Positions 1-8,386 of a stretch of 47,254 nt of DNA are shown in pieces; position 1 is the stretch's first letter, and the number at the start of each line of letters is the position of its first letter. The notes below the pieces were generated by a model that searched no databases, was not told where the DNA came from, and saw only the letters and a list, made by a program, of their open reading frames with translations. The stretch is from assembly GCA_021323995.1 (NCBI GenBank), contig JAJPJY010000091.1:1-47254 (forward strand). Reading direction: 5' to 3'. The position numbers and the translations under genes were made by a program. Source of the DNA: a bacterium (GTDB taxonomy: Archaea; Thermoproteota; Bathyarchaeia; 40CM-2-53-6).

Positions 1-1
1 C

Positions 2-130
2 GGCGCACACGAATTCCTCCCTGTTGACGTCTACGTCCCAGGATGCCCTCCCAGGCCAGAAGCGCTAGAGCACGGAATCATCATGCTTCAGGAAAAGATT
101 CGAAAATCGAAGGTGTACCCTGAGGGATGA
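2..130 (+). CDS. nuoB: NADH-quinone oxidoreductase subunit B (20 kDa/PSST), C-terminal fragment; 5' end outside the window
   Basis: Not in the ORF track because no start lies in the window. Frame 2 reads [42 protein letters not shown]. The VDxYxPGCPPxPEAL block is the conserved C-terminal NuoB motif. The stop overlaps the nuoC ATG (ATGA). Confidence 0.8.
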   Translation, partial: GAHEFLPVDVYVPGCPPRPEALEHGIIMLQEKIRKSKVYPEG

Positions 131-609
131 GCCTCGCACACGAAAGGGAAGATAGTCTAGTCAAGACTCTCAAGGAAAGCTTCCCATCTGACATTAAAGA
201 GGCAACAGTTGTCCGACGTTCAAGGATTAACCTTGTAGTGGCACCGGACAAGATCGCCGATATCGCAGTCTTCCTACGAGACAAGCTCGGCTATGACCAT
301 CCTAGCGGCGTCTCAGCAGTCGACTACAACAGGGAAGGACGGTTCGAAATCGTATACCATCTGTCCTCGATCAAGACCCGAGACCAGCAGGATATCGTGA
401 TCAATCTGAAAGAATCCGTGCCGCGGAACAGTCCCAAAGCCGTCTCGCTCGTCAGTGTCTGGCCGGGAGTAGAGAACTACGAGAGAGAATCGATAGAGAT
501 GTTCGGCATACAGTTCGAAGGTCATCCACGGCCAGAGAAACTTTTCCTCAACGACAACTGGGACGGCCCCCCTCCAATGCGCAAAGAAGTCAGGTTCCCC
601 ACGGACTAA
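127..609 (+). CDS. nuoC: NADH-quinone oxidoreductase subunit C (30 kDa)
   Basis: 160 aa. [24 protein letters not shown] matches the NuoC signature (ERExxxMFGIxFxGHP). It sits between nuoB and nuoD. Confidence 0.9.
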   Translation: MSLAHEREDSLVKTLKESFPSDIKEATVVRRSRINLVVAPDKIADIAVFLRDKLGYDHPSGVSAVDYNREGRFEIVYHLSSIKTRDQQDIVINLKESVPRNSPKAVSLVSVWPGVENYERESIEMFGIQFEGHPRPEKLFLNDNWDGPPPMRKEVRFPTD

Positions 610-614
610 GACCT

Positions 615-1760
615 ATGACAACAACTGAAAAGCCTGCAGACACAACTGGAATGCAGGCTATGAGCCCGACCGAGCCGGGGGCTCAAACGATGACGCTCAG
701 TGTAGGTCCGCAACATTCCGGCTCGGGACATATGAGGCTCATAGTCGAGCTGGACGGGGACATCATAGTCAGTGCCATGCCTGACCCGGGGTATGTTCAC
801 AGGGGCATCGAGAAGATCATAGAACTCCGAAACATCATCCGAAGCATTCCAGTGATCGAACGGCCCTCCATAATCGACGCTTCCAACTTGAATCATGCAT
901 GGGTAAAGGCCATCGAGGAGCTTCAGGGAGTTGAACCCCCGGCTCGCGGCCAATATCTCAGATGTTTGATCAACGAGATGAACAGGATAATGAGTCACCT
1001 CTACTGGCTCTCAATCTACGGAGTTTTCCTCGGCCACACAACAATGTTCATGTGGCCCCTAGGCGATAGAGAACTCTTCATCGATCTCGCCGAGAGCTTG
1101 ACCGGCGCCCGAATTACATACTCATACCTCGTCCCAGGAGGAGTGAGGCGAGACCTTCCGAAGGGCTTCGCCGAAGAGGCGATCAAGAGAACGAAATATT
1201 TTGAAAAACGCCTAGACGAATATGAGAACATATTCTTCAAGAATCCACTATTCACGTCACGAGCCAAAGGTATAGGCATACTCACCAGAGAGAGAGCTAT
1301 CGCCCTAGGCTCAACAGGCCCAACGCTGAGAGGCTCAGGGATAGACAGAGACCTCAGAAAAGACGAGCCCTATGCGGCCTACGGAGAACTAGACTTCAAA
1401 GTCCACACTCGTCCAGGCGGCGACTCGTACTCGCGCGCCATGGTTCACATGGACGAGATGCGCGAAAGCAGCCAGCTGATCCGGCAGATACTGGAGAAAC
1501 TGCCGTCGGGACCGGTTAGACGAAAAGCACCGATTGTCGTCCCGCGAGGCGAGACCTATGCTAGGGTCGAGTCCGCACGTGGAGAATGCAGCTTTTACAT
1601 GATCGGAGAAGGCGGCGACAAGCCCTACCGGGCCCGATACATTACCGGGTCCTATCGAAACCTAGCCGCCATTCCGGAAGTGTTGAAGGGAGTCCGCCTC
1701 GCTGACATGCCCACCTCATGGTGGAGCATAGACTACTGGCCCGTAGAGGCTGACAGGTAG
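615..1760 (+). CDS. nuoD: NADH-quinone oxidoreductase subunit D (49 kDa), Nuo/Fpo type
   Basis: 381 aa with GPQHSGSGHMRL, GYVHRGIEK and a C-terminal ...WPVEADR. The NiFe-ligand cysteines of group-4 hydrogenase large subunits are absent: IERPSIIDASNLNH replaces RxCGxC and there is no C-terminal DPCxxC. Confidence 0.93.
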   Translation: MTTTEKPADTTGMQAMSPTEPGAQTMTLSVGPQHSGSGHMRLIVELDGDIIVSAMPDPGYVHRGIEKIIELRNIIRSIPVIERPSIIDASNLNHAWVKAIEELQGVEPPARGQYLRCLINEMNRIMSHLYWLSIYGVFLGHTTMFMWPLGDRELFIDLAESLTGARITYSYLVPGGVRRDLPKGFAEEAIKRTKYFEKRLDEYENIFFKNPLFTSRAKGIGILTRERAIALGSTGPTLRGSGIDRDLRKDEPYAAYGELDFKVHTRPGGDSYSRAMVHMDEMRESSQLIRQILEKLPSGPVRRKAPIVVPRGETYARVESARGECSFYMIGEGGDKPYRARYITGSYRNLAAIPEVLKGVRLADMPTSWWSIDYWPVEADR

Positions 1761-1766
1761 AAAGTC

Positions 1767-2237
1767 ATGGCACCGATCGTAGGCAAGTTCAAAGCAGCTG
1801 TCAACAGCTGGGTGGCATACTCCGCGGGACTGAGGCACCTATTCCACAAGCCATACACGCTAAGATTCCCTGAGCAAAGATATGCAGTAGAAGCTGGCTT
1901 CCGAGGACGACATCTGCTGCATCTTGACCGATGCACTGGATGCGGGATCTGCGCCTGGATCTGTCCAGAAAAATGCATCACCATAGTACAGCGGGGCGAC
2001 CGGTGGTTCCCACAATACTTCTACGGAAGATGTTGCTTCTGCCACTTTTGCACCGACTACTGTCCAGAGTTTGCCTTGGAGGAGACGGTCGAATACGACA
2101 TCGCTGAATACACCAGAGAGCTGCTCGTATGGTCACCTGAAAGACTGGCTAAGCCGCCCGCAAAGAAAGACAACAAGTATGTCTTCAGCGTCAATGGTTC
2201 AAGAGGAGCGTCGCAAGTCCCGGAGCAGGGGCATTAA
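1767..2237 (+). CDS. nuoI: NADH-quinone oxidoreductase subunit I (2x[4Fe-4S] ferredoxin-type)
   Basis: 156 aa. Two CxxCxxCxxxCP motifs (CTGCGICAWICP and CCFCHFCTDYCP) and a NuoI-like N-terminus (TLRFPEQRY...FRGRH). Confidence 0.88.
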   Translation: MAPIVGKFKAAVNSWVAYSAGLRHLFHKPYTLRFPEQRYAVEAGFRGRHLLHLDRCTGCGICAWICPEKCITIVQRGDRWFPQYFYGRCCFCHFCTDYCPEFALEETVEYDIAEYTRELLVWSPERLAKPPAKKDNKYVFSVNGSRGASQVPEQGH

Positions 2238-2242
2238 CCAGC

Positions 2243-3460
2243 ATGACTCAAACAGCCACTCCACCACAGACCCTGAAGCCTAGCGCTGAGGGCGAAGGGT
2301 GGAAGGCTCGCCCGATCAAGCTGAAGATCTTTGGAAATCTAATCGCCGAAGTTGTTCACAAAGGCATCTGCATGTACTGCGGTGCCTGCATAGCATCATG
2401 CCCCATCGACATCCTGTTCCACAGCGAAAACGAGGAACCGATCATGCGAGGCACATGCGCAGCCTGCCAAGTCTGCTACTACAGCTGCCCACGGATCGAA
2501 TTACCAGTCGCAGAGATCGAACGCCGAGTCTTCGGCAGAGAGCGAACAAGTGAAGAGACAATCCTCGGAATACACCTCGGATCATACTCAGTCCGCGCCA
2601 AGGACCCAGAAATTCTGAAAAACGCGCAAGACGGAGGCGCCGTCAGCGCCCTCATGCTGTACGCGTTGGACCAGAAGATCATAGACTACGCCCTCGTATC
2701 AGGATTCACATCCCTGCAACCCTGGAAACCCGGCCCAATGGTGGCCCGGACAAAACAAGAACTGGTGGAAAACGCGGGATCACAATACACACCCGGCGGG
2801 CAAGTCGGCGGACTAGCAGAGATCGCCGTTCCAAACCGGTCCGTAGTCGACTTCCAGGAGGAACGAATGGCACTAGTCGGACTTCCTTGCGAACTCCAAG
2901 GCTTTTGGAGAATGAACTCCCACTGGATAGCAGCTCCCAAAATCGGGCGAAATCTCGTTTTCACAATCGGACTATTCTGCTCGAAAGTCTTTGACTACCA
3001 GAAGATGATGGTCGACTATGTTCAAGGTGAAAGAGGCATCGATCTTAGGACTGTCACAAAGGTCAACATAAAGAAAAACCGGATGCTCATCTACACAGGT
3101 GACAGGCTGGCAATCGACGAACCCGTGGAGGTCATCGCGCACGCGGCCCGGGAAGAATGCAACATCTGTGTAGACTATTCAGCAGAACTTGCGGACATAG
3201 CTGTTGGAGCTATAGGGTCCGCTTCCGGATGGAGCACGGTCCTAACGCGTACTCCTCGAGGCGAGGATATCCTAAACGGCGCCGTAGACGCGGGCTACAT
3301 AGAGATGAAGCGGCTTGACCCACTCGGAAAGGGAATGAAATTTTTGGAGACTCTGTGCGAGAGAAAGCGACTCCGAGACCCATCAGCCTACATCCGACAC
3401 AACTCTGCCTTTCCAAGACCGGAGCCCAAACTCATGCCCCTCCAAGTGCCCACAAAATAG
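2243..3460 (+). CDS. FrhB/FdhB/FpoF-family F420-binding iron-sulfur flavoprotein with N-terminal 2x[4Fe-4S] domain
   Basis: 405 aa. It has CMYCGACIASCP and CAACQVCYYSCP ferredoxin motifs followed by an FrhB-like core (AQDGGAVSALMLYAL..., GLPCELQG, GLFCSKVF). It starts 6 nt after the nuoI stop. Confidence 0.72.
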   Translation: MTQTATPPQTLKPSAEGEGWKARPIKLKIFGNLIAEVVHKGICMYCGACIASCPIDILFHSENEEPIMRGTCAACQVCYYSCPRIELPVAEIERRVFGRERTSEETILGIHLGSYSVRAKDPEILKNAQDGGAVSALMLYALDQKIIDYALVSGFTSLQPWKPGPMVARTKQELVENAGSQYTPGGQVGGLAEIAVPNRSVVDFQEERMALVGLPCELQGFWRMNSHWIAAPKIGRNLVFTIGLFCSKVFDYQKMMVDYVQGERGIDLRTVTKVNIKKNRMLIYTGDRLAIDEPVEVIAHAAREECNICVDYSAELADIAVGAIGSASGWSTVLTRTPRGEDILNGAVDAGYIEMKRLDPLGKGMKFLETLCERKRLRDPSAYIRHNSAFPRPEPKLMPLQVPTK

Positions 3461-3477
3461 TCTGTCCGATCGAAGTC

Positions 3478-4050
3478 TCACTGTACAGAGTCTTTCCGAG
3501 AAGCCCCGATTGTCTCGACCAGACTGGACAATGGATCGATCGTCCGTTGTCCATGCCGCCGACCAAACGCTCGCGGCGGAACGAGCATCTGTAAGAGATG
3601 TCTGAGTGAGTCTCTCGACTCGTTCTCAGAAGAGAGGGCCACTGATTCTTCGCGGGACTCTACCTCCGCGACTATCGGCTGCGGTGAGAGTCCTCCTTCG
3701 TGAGATGGGCTTCCAACGAAATGCTCAGCCATGAGGGCTTGGGGGGCTTCCAGTCCACAACTTGGACAAGATAACGTGACTATTTGCCGTCCAGCTGTCG
3801 ACATTGAAGCTTCAACGATTATGTCGGAGGATATTCTTTCGGACGTCGGATGTCTAGGGCGCAGTCTTTTCGATCTGACGTGTTGAGTCTTAGCTCGTCT
3901 CGAGGATCTCCTAGATTTTGAAGGGGTCGACCTGACATTGCGCAAGCGCTTTGGCTGCGGGGTTTTCCTTCCCGAGCGTTTTACGATCAGGAGGCTGCAG
4001 CTTGCCCCTGCCAATACACCGAACAAGAACTCGACTATGATTATGTCCAT
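3478..4050 (-). CDS. hypothetical membrane-anchored, highly basic protein with a C2H2-like zinc finger
   Basis: 190 aa. It has an N-terminal hydrophobic helix (IIIVEFLFGVLAGASCSLLIV), an R/K/S-rich stretch, and CPSCGLEAPQALMAEHFVGSPSH. No family was recognised. Confidence 0.4.
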   Translation of the reverse strand: MDIIIVEFLFGVLAGASCSLLIVKRSGRKTPQPKRLRNVRSTPSKSRRSSRRAKTQHVRSKRLRPRHPTSERISSDIIVEASMSTAGRQIVTLSCPSCGLEAPQALMAEHFVGSPSHEGGLSPQPIVAEVESREESVALSSENESRDSLRHLLQMLVPPRAFGRRHGQRTIDPLSSLVETIGASRKDSVQ

Positions 4051-4062
4051 GGCGCCTTCTTC

Positions 4063-4314
4063 CTAGCTCAATGGGACGTCCAGGCAATTCTCTTGGGCGC
4101 ACTCATCACAGACGATCCTGCCGAAGGAGGTTTTATGGACATCGTCGAGGCTGAGTATTTCTCTGCCACAGTCGCTGCAGATAACCACGCACTGGCTCAT
4201 TCGCCGAGACCCTTGATAATCATAGGAACTCACAATGATGATTCCCCGCTTGTTACCAATCCCGATGAATCGCGGTAACAGTTGTCTTAAATACCGTGGA
4301 AAACCGCGTGGCAA
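4063..4314 (-). CDS. small zinc-ribbon protein; the true start may be the internal ATG at 4200
   Basis: CSDCGREILSLDDVHKTSFGRIVCDECA has CxxC...CxxC spacing. The first 38 codons (TTG start) look low-complexity, so the 45-aa form 4063..4200 is an alternative. Confidence 0.38.
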   Translation of the reverse strand: MPRGFPRYLRQLLPRFIGIGNKRGIIIVSSYDYQGSRRMSQCVVICSDCGREILSLDDVHKTSFGRIVCDECAQENCLDVPLS

Positions 4315-4441
4315 AACCCGCCTGACCCTTTCTAACTTACCGTTAGTGAGCTAGATGGTCTGGGAACCAAGACGGAATACGTTCTCATCGCTCTTCCAAA
4401 TATGGGGCGGTTCTACATTGCACTAGAACGAGAGAATAAGT

Positions 4442-4600
4442 TTGGATAAAGTAACGCACTCCACTTGTCCACGATGTGGCCAACAACAAATGAACGTTTA
4501 CTATTCAGATTCGACTGACAATCGAGTAGGTGCTTGGTGCGAAAATTGCAACATGAAAGGCTACTACCACGGCGACGAGCTCATTGCAATAAACTCGTGA
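4442..4600 (+). CDS. small zinc-ribbon protein (52 aa, TTG start), below the ORF-track size cutoff
   Basis: Hand translation gives LDKVTHSTCPRCGQQQMNVYYSDSTDNRVGAWCENCNMKGYYHGDELIAINS*. The CPxC...CxxC pair is kept only if the TTG at 4442 is used, and an in-frame stop lies at 4424-4426. Confidence 0.3.
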   Translation: MDKVTHSTCPRCGQQQMNVYYSDSTDNRVGAWCENCNMKGYYHGDELIAINS

Positions 4601-4620
4601 AAATTCGATGACCGCCGGAC

Positions 4621-4977
4621 TCATTCGGGCGGAGAAGCTCCTTCAGGAATGTTGACCGTCATCTCGCCCTCTACCAGTTTACGTTGAAGACGGGCTGTGA
4701 ACAGTTCAAGGTCCACCTCAAGATCCTCTAGTCGTTTCACTGACTCTGCTACAAGTGTAGGCTTGACGTTTTGGCCTCCGATCCGCCCGTACGCAACGGC
4801 TTCGAACGGTAACTTTTCGCCTTTGTAGACGGCATACCCTGTTAGGAAGTTTGCGACTCCTCCTCCCACGCCGCTCGCTTCGTCCATTGCGTCTACGAAC
4901 ACGTCCATCTCGTACTCCAGAGTCGCATCTTCGGCTCTTCTGAATGGATTGGTCGTTTTGCTCAATGTTCTATCCAT
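4621..4977 (-). CDS. hypothetical protein
   Basis: The ORF track gives 4621..5013. The ATG at 4977 (MDRTLSKTT...) reduces the overlap with the upstream gene to 8 nt. No recognisable domain. Confidence 0.4.
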   Translation of the reverse strand: MDRTLSKTTNPFRRAEDATLEYEMDVFVDAMDEASGVGGGVANFLTGYAVYKGEKLPFEAVAYGRIGGQNVKPTLVAESVKRLEDLEVDLELFTARLQRKLVEGEMTVNIPEGASPPE

Positions 4978-5860
4978 AAGCCGGCATGTCGAGAGGGTGC
5001 CATTGTCGCTCAATCATCCCCTTGATCTTTTGCCTAGCAAACCATCCCGCCACAATGTCCGCAACCAAAAGGACCGCCAATGCATAGTCTGCCGGCGCGA
5101 AACCGCTGGAGAATCGAGCAAGCGCATAAGCAGCTAGACCGAGTGCCGCCACGGCCGCGCCGAGTATCGGAGCCCAGATTCTCCTCTTTGAGAGGAAGTA
5201 TGTGCCAGCACCAGTACCCACAGCCACTAGGACAAATATGGTCCTAACCGTGATCGCCATGCTAGATGGAACTCCTGGAGCATAGATTGCTAGAACAACC
5301 GCCCATATGGCAGAGGCTATCAGAAGAATGCTAGTTACGTTCAGAAGGTTGTAACGTGACGGTTCGATTACCGTTGCGGAAAGTGGTGGAGTGTATGAGA
5401 AGGGTTTGCCCAGTGCTTGGTACGCGTTTGTAGTGGTAATGTGAGGTTTGCCTGATTCGACGTCAACCGCCGAGTTGACGAATTTCTCGATAAGGATTAG
5501 TCTATGTTGCCCGATACTGTTTGCCGGTCCCGATTGCAAATTGTAATCAGGTCCAACCGTCAGTTCTACCTTGGTATCAGGGGTACATGAATGGGCTATT
5601 GTCATTCCGGGCCCTGTCTGGGTTAATGTCCAGTTGGACCCCTTGTCTCGCGTGCAAATTAGTGCGGCCCACTTTGTATCTGCCACTATTTTTGGCAGAC
5701 CGACCTCTGGCGCTAGGTCTGTCATCCCGTATCTCTTGTCCTCACAAAAGAGTTGATTGCAGGACCGACAACGCCACACATCCACCGCTCCCATTACGTA
5801 ACTGTCATGGATCAGGTTGACGACGCCATAATACACGACGTCGTGCTGATGTGCCTGCAA
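4970..5860 (-). CDS. hypothetical membrane protein (soluble N-domain with CxxC, about 4 C-terminal TM helices)
   Basis: 296 aa with WRCRSCNQLFC near the N-terminus. Hydrophobic helices include ILLIASAIWAVVLAIYA, IFVLVAVGTGAGTYFL, ILGAAVAALGLAAYAL and LAVLLVADIVAGWF. Confidence 0.5.
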   Translation of the reverse strand: MQAHQHDVVYYGVVNLIHDSYVMGAVDVWRCRSCNQLFCEDKRYGMTDLAPEVGLPKIVADTKWAALICTRDKGSNWTLTQTGPGMTIAHSCTPDTKVELTVGPDYNLQSGPANSIGQHRLILIEKFVNSAVDVESGKPHITTTNAYQALGKPFSYTPPLSATVIEPSRYNLLNVTSILLIASAIWAVVLAIYAPGVPSSMAITVRTIFVLVAVGTGAGTYFLSKRRIWAPILGAAVAALGLAAYALARFSSGFAPADYALAVLLVADIVAGWFARQKIKGMIERQWHPLDMPAYG

Positions 5861-5973
5861 GACGCTAATCTAGATCCGAAAGACGCGTTGGCCTAGAAAA
5901 GGCTTGGTGTCCACTGAATTATTATGGAAAGGAACTTTCTTCTACCCATTTAACGACCGGACTAGGGGCCAAC

Positions 5974-7335
5974 ATGCTCGAGATCAGGCTAATCCGAGAA
6001 TCTCCAGATCGAGTGAAAAAGAACCTCGAACACAGAGGCATGACCGAGAAGATTCAGGATGTAAATCTGCTCATTCAACTCGACGCAGAATGGAGAAAGG
6101 GATTGGCTGAAGTCGAACGCTATCGAAGACGGCGAAACGAAGTTACCCAAGCTATAGCCGAAGCACGAAAGAAGGGAAACGATTCTTCTCAGCTTATGAA
6201 AGAGGCCGAGACAATTCCAAGTCAGATTAAGAGTCTCGAAGAGAAAGTTGACAGCTACGCAAAGCAGGCAGAGCATATTCTTCTCAACCTTCCAAACATC
6301 GTGCACGAGTCCGTTCCAGTAGGCAAGGACGAGAATGACAACGTCGAGGTCAGAAAATGGGGAGCTATCCCAAACTTCCCATTCAAGACCTTGGACCACA
6401 TAGACCTAGGACTCAAACATGCCCTGATTGACGTCGAGAAAGCAGGCAAAGTCGCGGGAGCACGCTTCTACTATCTACAGAAAGATCTTGTTAGGCTGAA
6501 TTATGCAATCATCCAATACGGGCTCGATTTCATACTGAAGAAAAACTATGAGCTGTTCCAGCCCCCCTACCTATTGCATCGAGACGTCGTGGCGGGAGCA
6601 GTCGCATTGGCCGATTTCGAAGACGTGATCTACAAAGTTGAAGGAGAAGATCTATACCTGTTGGCCACTTCTGAACACGCCCTATTAGCATTCCACGCAG
6701 ACGAAATCTTGGACGGAGGGAAGCTTCCACTCCGATACGCGGGTATCAGCCCATGTTTCAGAAAGGAGGCCGGGGCCCATGGGAGAGACACGAAGGGTAT
6801 ATTTCGAGTCCACCAGTTCGAAAAGGTCGAGCAGTTCATTTACTCTCCGCCGGAAGAATCCTGGAACCTACACGAGGAGCTGCTTCGGAACTTGGAAGAG
6901 TTCTGGCAGAGCCTAAAGATACCATACCGGATCGTAAACGTATGCACCGGAGACCTGGGAACAGTAGCCGCGAAAAAATACGATCTCGAAGCCTGGCTCC
7001 CAGCCCAGGGAAAATACAGAGAAATGGCCTCCTGTAGTAACTGCACCAGCTACCAAGCAGTCAGGTCAAAGATTCGATACCGGGAGAAACCAAACGAACC
7101 AACAAAGTATCTACACACACTAAACAGTACATTAGTTGCAACCGAACGAGCGATCGTGGCAATTCTCGAAAACTTCCAGAGACCCGACGGTACCATCACC
7201 ATTCCTCACGTCCTGGGAAAGTATATCGGCGGACAAGAGATTATTCCAGAGCAACGACCAGAGGTCATCGTAAGGAATCCGTCACCTGAAACAACTCGGC
7301 CGGGAGCCGTCGGCCTAGAAAAATCCAAACGATAA
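5974..7335 (+). CDS. serS: seryl-tRNA synthetase (bacterial/standard type)
   Basis: 453 aa. It has the MLEIRLIRESPDRVKKNLEHRG N-terminal coiled-coil arm and class II motifs (PCFRKEAGAHGRDTKGIFRVHQFEKVEQF; TLNSTLVATERAIVAILENFQ). Confidence 0.95.
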   Translation: MLEIRLIRESPDRVKKNLEHRGMTEKIQDVNLLIQLDAEWRKGLAEVERYRRRRNEVTQAIAEARKKGNDSSQLMKEAETIPSQIKSLEEKVDSYAKQAEHILLNLPNIVHESVPVGKDENDNVEVRKWGAIPNFPFKTLDHIDLGLKHALIDVEKAGKVAGARFYYLQKDLVRLNYAIIQYGLDFILKKNYELFQPPYLLHRDVVAGAVALADFEDVIYKVEGEDLYLLATSEHALLAFHADEILDGGKLPLRYAGISPCFRKEAGAHGRDTKGIFRVHQFEKVEQFIYSPPEESWNLHEELLRNLEEFWQSLKIPYRIVNVCTGDLGTVAAKKYDLEAWLPAQGKYREMASCSNCTSYQAVRSKIRYREKPNEPTKYLHTLNSTLVATERAIVAILENFQRPDGTITIPHVLGKYIGGQEIIPEQRPEVIVRNPSPETTRPGAVGLEKSKR

Positions 7336-8028
7336 ACCGATCAAGTACAATATCAAGGCTGCTGCCAAGCCGATCCCCAGCGTCTCTAGCCCCGTCTTCC
7401 AGAACTTTCTTCCCACCACATGGCCTCTCCAAGCTCCCACCGAAAATAGAAAGATTGGAGATAGGAGACTCGCGCCGATCAGCGAGTCTACCTTAGTCCG
7501 AAGCAGAAGGAACGGTCCAAGAGGGATAAGAGCGCCGGCTAGAAACGAGAGACCGATTACGACTCCCGCCTTAATCGGATTAGGTATCCTTGCACGATGA
7601 ACATGCAGCTCATGCATCAAAATGTCCTCGAGGAACTTGGCCTTGTTGGAGGCTATCTTTTCGACGACGCTACCAGCCTGGTCACGCGTTAGACCTTTAG
7701 CGATGTAGAACTCTCTCAACTCATTCTTCTCCTCCTCCGGCTCCTCTTCTATCTCCCCCGCCTCTCTCTTCGCATCTGCCTGATACAGCTCATACTCAGA
7801 ACGTCCCGCGATGATGCCCGCGAAGAACATGCTGATCGACCCGGCAAGCATCGAGGCAACGCCCGCGATCCTTATGATATCTAGGTTAGATGTCGCCGCC
7901 GCGAATCCACTGAGAAAGGCAAGATTCGTGACGAGACCATCAGACACTCCAAGCGAGGAGCTTCCTATGTAGGTCCTGGCTCGTATGTGCTTGTGAATCT
8001 CCCTTGGCAGCTGCTTCATCTCAGGCAC
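7315..8028 (-). CDS. VIT1/CCC1-family iron/manganese transporter
   Basis: 237 aa. It shows SDGLVTNLAFLSGFAAA, an acidic cytoplasmic helix (EIEEEPEEEKNELREFY), and C-terminal TM helices typical of the VIT family. Its 3' end overlaps serS by 21 nt (convergent). Confidence 0.88.
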   Translation of the reverse strand: MPEMKQLPREIHKHIRARTYIGSSSLGVSDGLVTNLAFLSGFAAATSNLDIIRIAGVASMLAGSISMFFAGIIAGRSEYELYQADAKREAGEIEEEPEEEKNELREFYIAKGLTRDQAGSVVEKIASNKAKFLEDILMHELHVHRARIPNPIKAGVVIGLSFLAGALIPLGPFLLLRTKVDSLIGASLLSPIFLFSVGAWRGHVVGRKFWKTGLETLGIGLAAALILYLIGLSFGFF

Positions 8029-8152
8029 GGTCTTGGCTACACGCAGTGTGCACGTGGTTGTTATTCAGTCTGACCTGACAAGTGTAAGAAACTAAAGGGA
8101 AGCAAACGGAATCTTCGCCTAGGACCATTGGATTTCCTCTCCTTCTGAGTCA

Positions 8153-8172
8153 ACCAAAGGTAAATTCTGACT
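8153..8172. repeat. candidate attL (direct repeat copy 1): ACCAAAGGTAAATTCTGACT
   Basis: Matches 23694-23713 (ACCAAAGGTAAATATTGACT) at 18 of 20 positions, with a 13-nt exact core. Confidence 0.55.
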
Positions 8173-8319
8173 GAGGTTTTGACGGGAACTTATTGTTGGC
8201 ATGAAAAAGATGATCGCGGACCCGATTTATAGGTGAACCTCGAAGATTTCCCGAAAATGATACCTCGAAAGGACTAAACAGCTAAATAACCGGCGAGCTT
8301 AACAAACATCCATACCGTG

Positions 8320-8362
8320 CCCACCGCGAGGATAGTATTTAATTCGCAATATACGCGGTGGG
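8320..8362 (+). promoter_or_regulatory. TATA-like box (TATTTAAT, 8336-8343) flanked by a perfect 9-bp inverted repeat (CCCACCGCG / CGCGGTGGG)
   Basis: The arms are at 8320-8328 and 8354-8362 with a 25-nt AT-rich spacer. The element is centred ~47 nt upstream of the GTG start of the NYN gene. Confidence 0.35.
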
Positions 8363-8386
8363 GTATCCTAACCCCAGTGAACAAGA

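Noticed and set aside
615-1760. The NuoB/C/D/I-like set might be an energy-converting [NiFe] hydrogenase (Ech/Mbh-type) module.
   Set aside because: The NuoD-like protein lacks both cysteine pairs that ligate NiFe. It has no RxCGxC near IERPSIIDASNLNH and no DPCxxC at the C-terminus (...DYWPVEADR).
5989-6449. Antisense ORFs of 136 and 64 aa inside serS, and similar ones inside nuoD, the integrase, the FlaI-type ATPase and the MDR oxidoreductase.
   Set aside because: They are embedded opposite strongly supported conserved genes and have skewed composition. They are shadow ORFs.
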